NCBI GenBank assembly: GCA_016302965.1
Contig: JAEDMP010000002.1
Span: 5,358-69,357, forward strand
DNA: 64,000 nt
Reading direction: 5' to 3'
Source: Bacteroidaceae bacterium
GTDB taxonomy: Bacteria; Bacteroidota; Bacteroidia; Bacteroidales; Bacteroidaceae
Shown: piece by piece, positions 18,002-27,154 of the stretch
Numbering within the stretch: the first letter of the stretch is position 1
How the letters are laid out: the number at the start of each line of letters is the position of its first letter
The notes under the pieces: generated by a model
Told to the model about the DNA's origin: nothing
Seen by the model: the letters and a program-made list of their open reading frames with translations, nothing else
Database searches by the model: none
Program-made: the position numbers and the translations under genes

Positions 18002-19810
18002 TTATTCCTCGTACATCTTCTCAATCTGGGCTTTGTAGTTCTTGTTGATGACCTGCCGTTTCAGCTTCAGCGTGTTGGTCAGTTCGCCGTTCTCCATGCT
18101 GAAGTGTTCGGTGAGCAGTGTGAACTTCTTGATTTGCTCGTAGTGGGCCAGTTGCTGTTGCAGGGTAGAGATACGCTCCATCATCATCTGATGGATCTGA
18201 GGATTGTTGCAGAGGTCTTCGCGGCTGCTGAACGCGATGTTGTGGGCGCGGGCATACTCCTCCAACAGTGAGTAGACGGGGATGATGAGGGCCGAGACAA
18301 ACTTGCGCTCGTCGGCAATGATGGCTATCTGGTCGATATAGCGGTCCACCAGCAGTTTCGACTCAATCATCTGCGGGGCGATATACTTGCCGTTCGAGGT
18401 CTTGAAGAGGTCCTTGATACGGTCGGTGAGATAGAGCTCGCCGTCCTTCATGTAGCCGGCATCACCGGTGCGGAAGTAGCCGTCGGAGGTGAACACCTCC
18501 CTGTTCAGGTCCTCGCGGTTGTAGTAGCCGGGAGTGATGGTGGGGCCTTTGAGCAGCACTTCGCCCTGCTCGCTGATCTTCACGTCGATATTGTCGATAG
18601 GTCTGCCCACCGAGCCGATGGTGAACACCTTGTCGAGGTGGTCGCAGCTCACGGTGGCGAGACTCTCCGTCAGTCCGTAGCCCACCACCATGTTCAGTCC
18701 GATGCTGTGTACGAACTCCTCCACGTGGGCCGATACCGTGGCTCCCGCCGTGGGGAAGATGTTGGCGTTCTCCAGTCCCAGTTCCTTGCGCACCATGCTG
18801 AACAGCGTCTTGTTGATGAGTTCATACTCTAAATGCAGGCCGAGGGGCGGACGCTTGCCGCGGCTGATATATTCGATATTGTGTTTGCGACCGATGTTCA
18901 GTGCGTTCATGAACACCTTGCGTTCTATCGCATTCGATTTCTCTATCTTCTCCATCACGCCCATGTATACCTTTTCCCAGAATCTCGGCACGGCGCTCAT
19001 GCTCGTGGGGTGTGTGTCGCGCATGGTCTTTTGCACCTCTTGGGGATAGGTGTTCACGATGAGGCTGGCACCGACAGAGAGTGCGAGCATGGTCCATCCC
19101 TTTTCGAAGATATGGGCAAAGGGGAGGAAGTTGAGCACCCGGTCCTGGTCGGAGATGGTCACGCAGCGCTGGTTGGCTCCCAGGGCGGCGATGTATTGTC
19201 CGTGGGTGAGCATCACGCCCTTGCTGTTGCCCGTGGTGCCGCTGGTATAGAGGATATTGGCCAGGTCGGTCTCGTTGGCCTGCTGGTAGAGTGCCTCCAC
19301 CTCCGTTTGCCGTGGCAGGTTTTCGCCCAGTTTCAGGAAGTCGTCGAAATAGAGGGCGTTCGGGTCGTGGGCACTGATGTGCACCTGGCGGTCGAAGATG
19401 ATGATTCGCTCCAGCGTGGGGCAGAGGGTGGCCACCCGGTAGGCCTTGTCATACTGGTCCTGTTCGCCTACGAAGAGGAACCTCACCTTGGCGTCGTTCA
19501 CCATGAATTCTATCTGCTGTTCGCTGCTGGTGGCATAGAAGGGGATGGTGACGGCCCGGATGCCCCATGCGCCGAAGTCGACAAACAGGTAGGGGGCGGC
19601 GTTCTGTGAGAAGATGCCGATGTTCTCCTGGGGCTTCACACCGAGGTTCAACAGGGCGTTCGATACGACTTTGACGATATCGGAGAACTCTTGCCAGGAG
19701 TATGATTTCCATGTCTTTTCACCGAATTCACGGTATTGCATCACTGGACGGTCGCCGTATTTGCGGGCTTGGTCGTGTACTAACACTGAAAGGTGACTGA
19801 CTGCTTGCAT
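18002..19810 (-). CDS. Long-chain fatty acid-CoA ligase (AMP-dependent synthetase)
   Basis: YTSGTTGNSKGVM, GYGLTES, FRTGD, DRIKDLFKTSNGKYIAP; start MQAVSH downstream of a TATTTTTG element at 19836-19843. Confidence 0.92.
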   Translation of the reverse strand: MQAVSHLSVLVHDQARKYGDRPVMQYREFGEKTWKSYSWQEFSDIVKVVSNALLNLGVKPQENIGIFSQNAAPYLFVDFGAWGIRAVTIPFYATSSEQQIEFMVNDAKVRFLFVGEQDQYDKAYRVATLCPTLERIIIFDRQVHISAHDPNALYFDDFLKLGENLPRQTEVEALYQQANETDLANILYTSGTTGNSKGVMLTHGQYIAALGANQRCVTISDQDRVLNFLPFAHIFEKGWTMLALSVGASLIVNTYPQEVQKTMRDTHPTSMSAVPRFWEKVYMGVMEKIEKSNAIERKVFMNALNIGRKHNIEYISRGKRPPLGLHLEYELINKTLFSMVRKELGLENANIFPTAGATVSAHVEEFVHSIGLNMVVGYGLTESLATVSCDHLDKVFTIGSVGRPIDNIDVKISEQGEVLLKGPTITPGYYNREDLNREVFTSDGYFRTGDAGYMKDGELYLTDRIKDLFKTSNGKYIAPQMIESKLLVDRYIDQIAIIADERKFVSALIIPVYSLLEEYARAHNIAFSSREDLCNNPQIHQMMMERISTLQQQLAHYEQIKKFTLLTEHFSMENGELTNTLKLKRQVINKNYKAQIEKMYEE

Positions 19811-19976
19811 AGTGGTATGGTTTATATATTTTATGCAAAAATACGCCAAAAAGACCGAAATACAAAACAATTATTCATTTTTTTTCAAACTTTTCCCCTG
19901 TGAACGGTCATTTCTTTTCCCTACAGTGCTTGTTTCTCTCCTTCTTCCTTTCTTTTCCGTCCACAACAAGTATCTT

Positions 19977-20118
19977 GTACCCAGTACGCTGCATAGGATG
20001 ACGGCAGTACGTTGGGCTGGATGACAGCAGTACGCAGGCCAGTGTACTCCAGTACGCTGAGCAGTGTACCAGCGTACGCTGCCCGGCGTACTGCTGTCAT
20101 TCAGCCCTGCGTACTGCC
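19977..20118. repeat. GTAC-rich repeat cluster forming a 33-bp imperfect inverted repeat (REP/MITE-like)
   Basis: Arms 20003-20035 and 20086-20118 are reverse complements with 3 differences; 10 GTAC tetramers in ~140 bp. Confidence 0.75.
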
Positions 20119-20147
20119 AACTGAATGGAGTAAGCAGATACCAGCAT

Positions 20148-20192
20148 AAAAAGGCGGCGGTGTGAGAGCATATTCTGCTGTCACACCGCCGC
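20148..20192 (-). terminator. Intrinsic terminator at the end of the PUL
   Basis: GCGGCGGTGTGA / TCACACCGCCGC stem followed by CTTTTT on minus. Confidence 0.8.
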
Positions 20193-20235
20193 TATTGTGT
20201 CTCACGTTTTACGGTGAGTAGTCAGGGCATCGTTG

Positions 20236-22098
20236 TTATTGGAAGGGGAGATACCACTGCGAAGGATCCGACAGATCCTTCTGCGGATTCTTGTAGGCCA
20301 GTTTCTTCTTCAGCCAAAGGCTACCGAAATTGCCTCCGTAGGTGCCGGCTGCATTCTTGTGGCGGGCCAGACGCATCAGGTCATAATAACGGGTACCTTC
20401 GAACGCAAGCTCCAGCGCATACTCATCACAGAGCAGGTCTTCCACAGCATTGATGGTGTCGTTCATCGTGTAGGCTGCAGGATCCTTGGCCACGTCATAG
20501 GTCTGGCTGATGTAGGCCAGCTTGTTGCCTACTACAGGTTTCATCTGATAGGACGAGAGGCCGGGCGTGTAGTTCTTGTTCTTGTACTCATAGTCAGAAG
20601 TCCAGCCACAACCGCGCTGGTGAATGCCATACGATGTTTCCTTCTGGAACTTGTCTGCCGTGGCTTCGGTAATCAGCGGATAAACCTCGGTAATCAGTTC
20701 TTTGCCCTTGGCGGTGATGTAGCCGCCAAACTCTTCAGAACCGTAATCGAGCACCGACTGGTTCAGTCCGTCCTTCAGGATGGCAAAGGCCAGGTCGGGA
20801 TAACCCATTCGGTTCAGGGCTTCTGCCAGATGGAGCCATACGGTGGCGGAGCGGTAGAGGTAAACGGTTCCGTTGGCCACCTTCGAGATCCATACCTGGG
20901 TGGAGTCATCGCCGAAGTCTTTCTCATCCGCGATGTTGTAATAACGCGTGTCGCAGATCTTGGCTGAACTCAAGCTGATGTTGTTGCCCGACTCATAGTA
21001 GTAGTAGGTGAGCGTATCGATGAGTTCGAGATAGGGGGCAGAGGGCTTCAGTTGCACCTGCTCAAACCGCGGAGTGGAACGGTTGTTGTACTTGGTCGTG
21101 CCGTAGAAATCGTAACCGTAAATCTTAGGCAGTACGCTGGTGATGCCTTTCTGGCGGTTGACGGGCATCTGCACTTCCGTGATGTTCTCTCTATTGTTGA
21201 CTTTATTCTTCTCGAGAATGAAAAGGGAGCCATAATCGCCATTATACAATATGCTAATATTCATAGGTATACGGTCATACATCTCTTTGGGCAGGTTAAA
21301 TAAATCGCCGCTACTATTGAGCAGAATACTGGATGCAGAACCCACCTTGGCGAGATAGTTCACATAGTATTTCACGGCATTCGGATAGTCGTTGTTCTCG
21401 AGATAGAGGTCGCCGAGAATCACATCAACCGGGATATATAACCGTTGCGAATTGATCTTGATTTCCAATCCCCAGTTGGTCGAACCGATGTTGAAATCGC
21501 CATGGTTGGGACAAGGGGTTCCCGAATACTGGGCCAGGTCGGGAGCCAGTTCGTTCACGATTCCTGCCAGATCCTTCATGGGGAACTGGCTCGACTCTAT
21601 CTGCGAGATGCTGGTGAGCGGTTCGGTGACAAAAGGCACCTCGCCATAGTTGCGTACCAGCTGCAGATAAGCCCAGGCGCGGATGGCCTTGATGGCTACA
21701 TACTCATTTTTCACCACCTCGGTGCTACCCGTCAGCAGGGAGGTGTCCCGATGGGCAATGTAATAGTTGCAGTTGTTGATGACCCGATAGTACTGGTAGG
21801 CACTGTCATACTTGTTGGTCGTGCCGGCCGAGAACGAGGCCAGTTCCTGCAAGTTCTTGTCTGTCACGCCGGGCAACACCTCCACGAGGTCGCCGCGCAT
21901 CTCGCCCTGAAGATAGTATTGGTCGGTTACGGCCTGAAGGGCCTGCAGCACACCGAATGCGTAATACATCGAGTCGGTCTTCTGGTTCATGTCAGGGTCG
22001 AACAGGTGCTGTGAGCTGTCGGTGTCGAGCATGTCTGAACAGCTGGAGACAGCGCCAAGACCCAGAAGGGCTGCTATTGCAAAAAAGATTTTTTTCAT
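20236..22098 (-). CDS. susD: SusD/RagB family surface lipoprotein
   Basis: Lipobox VSSC-SD, YRVINNCN, IRAWAYLQLVRNYGEVP, ELAFEGTRYYDLMR; follows a SusC. Confidence 0.92.
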   Translation of the reverse strand: MKKIFFAIAALLGLGAVSSCSDMLDTDSSQHLFDPDMNQKTDSMYYAFGVLQALQAVTDQYYLQGEMRGDLVEVLPGVTDKNLQELASFSAGTTNKYDSAYQYYRVINNCNYYIAHRDTSLLTGSTEVVKNEYVAIKAIRAWAYLQLVRNYGEVPFVTEPLTSISQIESSQFPMKDLAGIVNELAPDLAQYSGTPCPNHGDFNIGSTNWGLEIKINSQRLYIPVDVILGDLYLENNDYPNAVKYYVNYLAKVGSASSILLNSSGDLFNLPKEMYDRIPMNISILYNGDYGSLFILEKNKVNNRENITEVQMPVNRQKGITSVLPKIYGYDFYGTTKYNNRSTPRFEQVQLKPSAPYLELIDTLTYYYYESGNNISLSSAKICDTRYYNIADEKDFGDDSTQVWISKVANGTVYLYRSATVWLHLAEALNRMGYPDLAFAILKDGLNQSVLDYGSEEFGGYITAKGKELITEVYPLITEATADKFQKETSYGIHQRGCGWTSDYEYKNKNYTPGLSSYQMKPVVGNKLAYISQTYDVAKDPAAYTMNDTINAVEDLLCDEYALELAFEGTRYYDLMRLARHKNAAGTYGGNFGSLWLKKKLAYKNPQKDLSDPSQWYLPFQ

Positions 22099-22112
22099 AT
22101 TCGTTGTGATGA

Positions 22113-25100
22113 TTACAGGTTAATCTTTACACCAAAGGTGAAGGAGCGTCCCTGAGCCAGGGTGCCGCAGTCGATGCCTTGATAGTAAACACTGTTGCCG
22201 ATGCTGAACTCGGGGTCGTTGCCCGTATACTTGGTCAGCGTCAGGAGATTCTGTGCTTCTGCCCAGATGGTGAGTCCCTGGAGCCAGGTCCATGAGCCGG
22301 GAACAGGCACACGGTAGGAGAGGTTCACCGTCTTCAGACGCAGGTAACTGCCGTCTTCTATCCAGCGGTCGCTGAAGCGGTTGTTGCCCATGGGGTCGCC
22401 GTAGGCCACGCGGGGCAGTTCGGTCTGCTGACCCTCATAACGCCAGTGGCTGGTCTCTGCCACCTGCTGGTTGTACAGCGTAGCACCGGAGTTGAGGATG
22501 GAGCGCTGATAGTTGTAGACATCGTTGCCGAGACTGTAGTTCAGACCCAGGCTGAGGGTGAAATCCTTCCAGTTGATGTTGGCGAAGATGTTTCCGTAGA
22601 TGTCGGGGTTGGGGTCGCCGATGACGGTGCGGTCGTTCTCGTCAATCTTGCCGTTGTGGTCACGGTCAACGAAGTGAACGTCGCCTGCCTTGAAATACTG
22701 GCGTGCTCCGGCCTGGTCTTCAAAATAGAGGTAGGTGTCACGGGTGGCGGCATCGGCCTGGGCGGTGGCTGCTCTGGCAGCGGCATCGTTGGCAAATACG
22801 CCCTCGGTCTGATAGCCGTAGAACAGGCCCACGGGGTTGTTCACAGCCGTCAGGATGGAGGCACCGTAAACCTCGGTCTCAAAGTTGCCGGCGGGGAGTT
22901 TTGTCACCTCGTTCTTGTAGTGGCCTACGGTGGCTCCTATCTCAATGCGCCAGTCCTTGGTCACTACGGGCTTGCCCGAGACAGCCACCTCGAAGCCCGT
23001 GTTGCGCAGTTCGCCACCGTTGCACCAGTAGTTGTTGATACCAGCCACAGGGTTGCTGAAGTTCTGCAGCGTCAGCAGGTCGGTGGTGTTGTGGATAAAG
23101 TAGTCGAACGCTACGGCGAGACGGTTGTTGAACAGGCGTGATTCCAGACCGATATTCCATTTGGTCGTGGTCTCCCATTTGATTTCGTCGTTGCCGATAT
23201 TGGTCAGCTGCAGACCCGTCTTTTTGTCGTGGAACTTCACGGCGCTGAAACTGCTGCGGGCAGCATAGTTGCTGATGTCATCATTGCCGCTCATGTCAAA
23301 GCCGGCATTCACGCGGAGATAGTTGATGCCCGCATTGCGGGGGAACCATTTCTCGTTGGTCAGCACCCATCCCAACTGAACGCTGGGGAACACTGCCCAT
23401 TTCACTCCGAACAGCCCCAGGCCGTCGGCATTCTCGCCGAAGCGGCTGTTGCTCTCGCAGAGCAGGGAGAGCGTGGCGAAGTAGCGGTTCATGTAGTTGT
23501 AGTTGGCTGAGCCATACCACTGGATGTTCTTCCACACATCGTTGATGCCCGATGTCTCGCCGCCGCTGGCGTTGAGCTGGGGATTCTTGTCGTCGGTCTG
23601 TGTGGTATAGTCCGTCAGCAGGTTGTTCGAGTCCAGCGCAAAATAGTTGTAGCGGAAACCGGCTGTCACATCCAGCGCATGGGCACCGAAATTCTTGGCC
23701 CAGTTGGCGAAGCCACCCACTGCAAAGTTGCGCTCCTCGGCAAACAGGGAGCCCACCTTGGCATACACCGTACCTAATCCTTCAACCTTGAAGGGAGGCA
23801 CGCCCTCGTACGGACGGTAGTAACGCTGGGTGTTGCGGTTCAGCAGATAGTTCACCGATGCGCCCACCTTCAGTCCGTTCTTGAAATCGTAGGTAGGAGC
23901 CAGTCTCACCATGAAGTTGGTGTTCTGTACGATGTTCTTGTTGTCACCCTCACCGTTGGTGATGATGGCCATGGGGTTGGCCAACGAATATTTGGTTCCG
24001 TTGTCAATCTGGCTGAAGATATCATCGTAGGAACTCAGCAGGCTCGTAAATCCTCCCACGCGTTTGTTGTACTGGTAAGGCGACACGATGGGCGCCTTGA
24101 TGGCGGCCAGGTTGGTCGGCGAGGTGATGGTGCTCTTGGTGAAATCCGAAGAGAAACCGTCGTCGAAGAGGGCCGTGTTGGTACGTGAGATGGAGATGTC
24201 GAACTTCGTCATGAGGTTGCGGAACACCTCGATGTCGGTGTTGAAGCGCAGGTTCATGCGGTCGAAGCCCGTGTTCTTCACGGTTCCTTCGGCATCCATA
24301 TACCCTACCGAAAGGTTGTACATACCCACGTCGTCACCACCCTGTACATTGATGCTGTAGTTCTGGGTCAGAGCGGTGCGATAGACATAGTCCTGCCAGT
24401 CGGTATTGTTGTGGTAGATGTTGTAATAATAACCATTGGGGTCGTCGTTGAGGAAACGGAAGGCGATGTTCCTGTCCTTCAGTTCTGGCATCGTGCCGAG
24501 CATCTCCGTGGCGTAGGTGCGATACTGAGAGGCGTTCATCATCGTCTGCGTCTGGGGCACCAGGCTGACGCCCACTGATATGTTGGCATCGATGCGCGTG
24601 GCCATGCTGCGGCCGCGCTTGGTATCAATCAGGATGACACCGTTTGCACCTCTCGAACCGTAGAGTGCTGTGGCATTCTTCAGCACGGTCACCTTCTCGA
24701 TGTCGTCGGTAGAGATGTTGGCCAGCATGTTGTTGAAGTGGCCGAGGTGCAGGGAGCTCCGGGTGTACTGCATGTCGAGTTCCACACCGTCGAGGATAAC
24801 CAGCGGTTGGGCATTGGAGTTGATGGAGTTGAGGCCGCGGATGAACATGGCGGCACCTCCTTCGGCTACACCTGAACGGAGGATGGCGTGTACATCAGCA
24901 CCGAGTTTGTTGCCGATTTCCTGGTCGATGGTGGCTGCGGTCTGGGTGGAGGTAAACTCGCGCGATGCCGTGATGTCCGTTCCTTTGCCGTAGAGCGGCA
25001 GGAACTGGTCGCTGAGCATCTCGATGCCAATCGTCTGGGTCGAGTCGTAAGCCGCCACGGACACCTGCTGTGAGAGGAAGGCATCGGCATGAACGTAGAG

Positions 25101-25349
25101 GGCGGTGATGTGGGTAGGCACCTTGATGGTGAACGTACCGTTTGCCTCGGTCATGGCCGTATAACGCACGTTGCCCAATGCCTGCAGTTGGATACCTGCC
25201 AATGGGGCTTTCGAAACGTGGTCGACCACCTTGCCCTTGAGAGTTTTCAACTGCGCCATGCCGGGCAGTGCAGCAGTGAGGGCTATTGCGCTGAAGGCCA
25301 GTCTGAGACCGGACATGCGCATATCATGGATGGTGAATAGGGTTTTCAT
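22113..25349 (-). CDS. susC: SusC/RagA family TonB-dependent transporter
   Basis: IRGLNSINSNAQPLVILDG, DIEKVTVLKNATALYGSRGANGVILIDTKRG, WETT, IGDPNPD, IEDGSYLRLK; ATGA overlap with the upstream gene. Confidence 0.95.
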   Translation of the reverse strand: MKTLFTIHDMRMSGLRLAFSAIALTAALPGMAQLKTLKGKVVDHVSKAPLAGIQLQALGNVRYTAMTEANGTFTIKVPTHITALYVHADAFLSQQVSVAAYDSTQTIGIEMLSDQFLPLYGKGTDITASREFTSTQTAATIDQEIGNKLGADVHAILRSGVAEGGAAMFIRGLNSINSNAQPLVILDGVELDMQYTRSSLHLGHFNNMLANISTDDIEKVTVLKNATALYGSRGANGVILIDTKRGRSMATRIDANISVGVSLVPQTQTMMNASQYRTYATEMLGTMPELKDRNIAFRFLNDDPNGYYYNIYHNNTDWQDYVYRTALTQNYSINVQGGDDVGMYNLSVGYMDAEGTVKNTGFDRMNLRFNTDIEVFRNLMTKFDISISRTNTALFDDGFSSDFTKSTITSPTNLAAIKAPIVSPYQYNKRVGGFTSLLSSYDDIFSQIDNGTKYSLANPMAIITNGEGDNKNIVQNTNFMVRLAPTYDFKNGLKVGASVNYLLNRNTQRYYRPYEGVPPFKVEGLGTVYAKVGSLFAEERNFAVGGFANWAKNFGAHALDVTAGFRYNYFALDSNNLLTDYTTQTDDKNPQLNASGGETSGINDVWKNIQWYGSANYNYMNRYFATLSLLCESNSRFGENADGLGLFGVKWAVFPSVQLGWVLTNEKWFPRNAGINYLRVNAGFDMSGNDDISNYAARSSFSAVKFHDKKTGLQLTNIGNDEIKWETTTKWNIGLESRLFNNRLAVAFDYFIHNTTDLLTLQNFSNPVAGINNYWCNGGELRNTGFEVAVSGKPVVTKDWRIEIGATVGHYKNEVTKLPAGNFETEVYGASILTAVNNPVGLFYGYQTEGVFANDAAARAATAQADAATRDTYLYFEDQAGARQYFKAGDVHFVDRDHNGKIDENDRTVIGDPNPDIYGNIFANINWKDFTLSLGLNYSLGNDVYNYQRSILNSGATLYNQQVAETSHWRYEGQQTELPRVAYGDPMGNNRFSDRWIEDGSYLRLKTVNLSYRVPVPGSWTWLQGLTIWAEAQNLLTLTKYTGNDPEFSIGNSVYYQGIDCGTLAQGRSFTFGVKINL

Positions 25350-27133
25350 CTTGATTCAGCGTTTGATTTAGTAATTTCGGTCGGTATCAGCAGGATGCCG
25401 GCAATACGCAAGTCGCGTGAGTAGAGCTGTGAGTAGAAGTCTTTGTTGGCCGTGTCGAATTTGGGCGCAATAATCTTCAGGTTAGGATAGCAGTTGCTCA
25501 GCCCTACGTAGCTCACGGGGAAGGTGAAGTCGCCGAGATAGACGGCATCCACCTTGGTGATATCGTTCTTGAAGGCCCATTCATCCATCTTGTCGGCAGC
25601 CGTCTTCGGACCTGTCGATGAGCCCTCAGGTTTCGTGGGGTGGAAGTAATGTTCTGCCATCTTCTTTGTGCTGGGATTGTAATAGCGCAGGGAGGCGTTG
25701 AAGAGCGTCTGCTTCATCTCGGCGTCGGGGTCATAACTGCTGTAGTCGGCATCGGCACAAGGGGGAACCATGATGCAGTAGATGCTGTAAGACGAGGACA
25801 TGATGTCGCCGCTGAGGTTATAGAAGGCGGTCTCGTCGCCCACCAACTTCGCCTTGATCCACTGGAAGCTCAGGTCATAACTCCAATAGATGTTGTCGGG
25901 ATAACCTGGGATATTCAGCATGCCCACACCCTCATTGAAAGTCGAGATGGTGATGTTCTTCGGCTCCGTGGCGTTCTTGTAGGCACCCATACGCATGGTG
26001 ACCAGGCAGGGTTTATAGGTCTCCCAGGGCTTGAATGCCAGAGAGTCAACCAAGAACCCCGTTCCGTTGCTCATCTGGATGGCTGCGCCTGTCTGCTGGC
26101 TCAGCAGTTCGGCCGGATTGGAGAATTTGTAGCGGTTTGTCGACATCAGCGTGTCGCCTGTTGTTCCCTCGCTCAGCCAGGTGTTGTAGAGGTTGTTGTT
26201 GCTGAACACCAGGGTGGATGCGATGGCCTTGCGTGTGAGCGAGTCAGAGAGGTAAGAGGCGTTCACCTCATCTTTCAGGCTGTCCTGTTTCTGCGTGGTA
26301 TTGTTCATGTAGTAACGTTCGCCGAGGATGGTGCCATTGCCATAGTTGAAGTTACTCTTGACGGTGGCATAGCTCTTCTCCCAGGCTTCGTTGGTGGGCA
26401 GGAGCATGGTGTAGGTACTGTCCTCGTTGTCCAGGTTGCATCTGATGCCGTCCAGGAATGCGTTGGAAATGATCATCACCGAGTCTTCGTAGGTCTGGAT
26501 ACCATCCACGATGGGACCGGCCACACTGTTCTGCTCGTCCAGTTCCTGCATTTCATATCTCATCACATAGTTGGACAGGGAGTCCGTCTCCTTGTTGGCA
26601 GTGAGATATTCGTAGAAGTTATAGCGGTAGACAGCCTCTCCCGACAACTGGTGTATCACACCGTTGAGGGCGGCCAGATTGCTCTTCGCGATGGTCTGTC
26701 CGCCGAACGAGGAGGCGTTGTCATCCGCCGTTCCCTTGAAGACGTATGATTTCTCGTTGAGCGTGATGATGCGCTTGTCCACGGGCGATGAGATATAGTG
26801 GTTGTAGTCTGCGATGTGGTTCTCCACAAACTGGAAGCGCAGGGTGGCACTGTCGGCATTCTGCCATTTGGCCAGGTCAATATGGTTGTTGAGCGGAGCC
26901 CATACCGTATAGAAACGGGAGGAAGAGAGCTCCTTGTCATAGCCGCTCTTTTTCACCAGGGCGGCAAACTCCGATAACTCAGGGGTTGAGTTGATGTTCT
27001 CCCAAAGTGTCTGGGCTGCCGTAGGCGACTGCTCGGCAGGTGCTTCGTTGTAGTCATCAAAATCGGAGCAGGATGAGGCAGTGAGCATGCCCGCTGCCAT
27101 CATCGTTATTCCTATATATTGAATATGTTTCAT
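25346..27133 (-). CDS. Fasciclin (FAS1) domain lipoprotein, putative surface glycan-binding protein
   Basis: Lipobox ASSC-SDFDD; FAS1 H1/H2 motifs YTVWAPLN / NGVIHQL and YTMLLPTNEAW / SNG. Confidence 0.8.
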   Translation of the reverse strand: MKHIQYIGITMMAAGMLTASSCSDFDDYNEAPAEQSPTAAQTLWENINSTPELSEFAALVKKSGYDKELSSSRFYTVWAPLNNHIDLAKWQNADSATLRFQFVENHIADYNHYISSPVDKRIITLNEKSYVFKGTADDNASSFGGQTIAKSNLAALNGVIHQLSGEAVYRYNFYEYLTANKETDSLSNYVMRYEMQELDEQNSVAGPIVDGIQTYEDSVMIISNAFLDGIRCNLDNEDSTYTMLLPTNEAWEKSYATVKSNFNYGNGTILGERYYMNNTTQKQDSLKDEVNASYLSDSLTRKAIASTLVFSNNNLYNTWLSEGTTGDTLMSTNRYKFSNPAELLSQQTGAAIQMSNGTGFLVDSLAFKPWETYKPCLVTMRMGAYKNATEPKNITISTFNEGVGMLNIPGYPDNIYWSYDLSFQWIKAKLVGDETAFYNLSGDIMSSSYSIYCIMVPPCADADYSSYDPDAEMKQTLFNASLRYYNPSTKKMAEHYFHPTKPEGSSTGPKTAADKMDEWAFKNDITKVDAVYLGDFTFPVSYVGLSNCYPNLKIIAPKFDTANKDFYSQLYSRDLRIAGILLIPTEITKSNAESR

Positions 27134-27154
27134 AATTTCTGCTTGGATGAGGGT

